Below, one piece after another: positions 41,399 to 42,242 of a stretch of 42,242 nucleotides of DNA; positions within the stretch are counted from its first letter, which is position 1; the number at the start of each line of letters is the position of its first letter. Below the pieces are notes generated by a model. It did no database searches and was not told the DNA's origin. It worked only from the letters and a program-made list of their open reading frames with translations. The stretch lies in the IMG/VR virus record IMGVR_UViG_3300004097_000002; one strand, written 5' to 3'. Source of the DNA: a virus. The position numbers and the translations under genes are program-made.

Positions 41399-42223
41399 TT
41401 AGTTAATCCCTGATTGAAATAAGTTGTTTGATTCACCCGGAACAAAAGGGCAACCGCCGAAATTTGCTTGATTGTTAAACTTAGGACATCCGTTTACACC
41501 TTCGTATGAATGGTCGCATCCTGCCGTTACTTGAACCGACGTCCCGACCGTCATTTTTGCAAATTCATAATTGACGGTTAGTGTTGTTCCCGATTGCGCA
41601 ATTATCATTCGTCTTTCGTTTCTTGAAGGAACCGCAATTTCACCGCCTATAAACCAACCGTCTGGAAAGCCGCCCAGCGAAGGAATTGTAACAATTCGAC
41701 CTGTTATTGTTGAAATTTGCGTGTCTATTGAATTCGCAGAACGGCCTACTTTGCAAAGACCATCGAACAAAACATTATTGCAAGGCGGTTGAACGTAAAC
41801 ATTCGGAATACTTCCCGAAAGCATTGAACTGAATTTGCTAGGAATGCGAAGCGTCGCGAATTCGTCGTTTGTTACAATAGAAGAAACCGGACCTTTCCAA
41901 TAAGCAACCCAATTCGCGGCGTCGCGCTGCAATCTATAAATAGTCAAATACAAAGACGGCGGTGTTGTTTGAAAACCGTAATCTTTTATTAACTGTTCTG
42001 TAATTGGAATTGCAACCGTTATATCAACGCCGCTGTCTTCGTGTGTTCCTACACTCAACGAACTTCGCTGCAATCCCGAAACAACGAGGAATTGCGAACC
42101 GTTAAAAAAATGGGGTATGAAATCAGAAGTCATAAAATAACTTTTGTAACTTCCTACAAATTCATAAAGTTCAATAGGTGCGCTATTCGAAACGCTTTCT
42201 TCGTTGTCGTCATAATCTGTCAT
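41399..42223 (-). CDS. Tail hub protein, DUF2163 / BR0599 family (GTA gp13-like)
   Basis: 274 aa. The N-terminus has APIELYEF...MTS. The C-terminus (CDHSYEGVNGCPKFNNQANFGGCPFVPG) matches the BR0599 signature. Confidence 0.7.
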   Translation of the reverse strand: MTDYDDNEESVSNSAPIELYEFVGSYKSYFMTSDFIPHFFNGSQFLVVSGLQRSSLSVGTHEDSGVDITVAIPITEQLIKDYGFQTTPPSLYLTIYRLQRDAANWVAYWKGPVSSIVTNDEFATLRIPSKFSSMLSGSIPNVYVQPPCNNVLFDGLCKVGRSANSIDTQISTITGRIVTIPSLGGFPDGWFIGGEIAVPSRNERRMIIAQSGTTLTVNYEFAKMTVGTSVQVTAGCDHSYEGVNGCPKFNNQANFGGCPFVPGESNNLFQSGIN

Positions 42224-42242
42224 ACTTCCGCCGTTATAATTG
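42203..42242. repeat. Terminal direct repeat (copy 2), duplicate of 1..40
   Basis: The same 40-nt string as at the window start. Coordinates were set from the ORF-track offset of 42202. Confidence 0.85.

Noticed and set aside
3664-42223. Diversity-generating retroelement or other hypervariation system acting on the tail proteins
   Set aside because: I found no reverse transcriptase ORF and no template/variable repeat pair near the host-specificity or NGW genes.
1-42242. Over-representation of TTCGAA and of CG-containing triplets in an otherwise AT-leaning genome
   Set aside because: This is most simply explained by codon and dipeptide usage (TTC-GAA, NCG codons and their complements on the mostly minus-strand genes). 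It is not a discrete functional element. It is noted only as a contrast to the GATC depletion.

Overview
The window appears to be a complete, circularly closed genome (about 42.2 kb; the first 40 nt recur as the last 40 nt) of a tailed dsDNA phage with siphovirus-type morphogenesis genes. I recognised no integrase, tRNA, CRISPR array or reverse transcriptase. One long leftward (minus-strand) block starts at a divergent control region (29712..29867). It runs through an HTH regulator and a prim-pol/helicase, about 20 small early or accessory genes punctuated by sigma70-like promoters and hairpin terminators, and a lysis cassette (two TM proteins, SAR endolysin, overlapped spanins). It continues through TerS/TerL, portal, MuF-like protein, scaffold, capsid, connectors, tail tube, G/GT chaperones with a canonical -1 frameshift site, and the tape measure. 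It ends with a GTA-like distal tail module that wraps across the window ends and stops at 38980. The rightward block (29868..38983) encodes a MazG-like NTPase, a Sak4-like ATPase, a DUF669-type SSB candidate, a Zn-ribbon protein, a Cas4-like Fe-S nuclease, an SF2 helicase, a DnaN-like clamp homologue and a small family-B DNA polymerase. Five observations stand out. (1) A 339-bp AT-rich non-coding region (25404..25742) is built as a roughly 197-bp nested imperfect palindrome plus a duplicated palindromic motif; it may be an origin or operator hub. (2) The clamp homologue ends in an SSB-type tip (...IDEIDDIPF), while the SSB-like protein has a long Q/A/W linker but no acidic tip. (3) Two paralogous VYPF..G.SF domain proteins are present, one of them in a stand-alone promoter-gene-terminator unit. 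(4) A tail-terminator-like protein is fused to a roughly 185-aa beta-rich extension. (5) GATC is strongly depleted. All functional calls rest on motif recognition by eye and on gene order; no database search was run.
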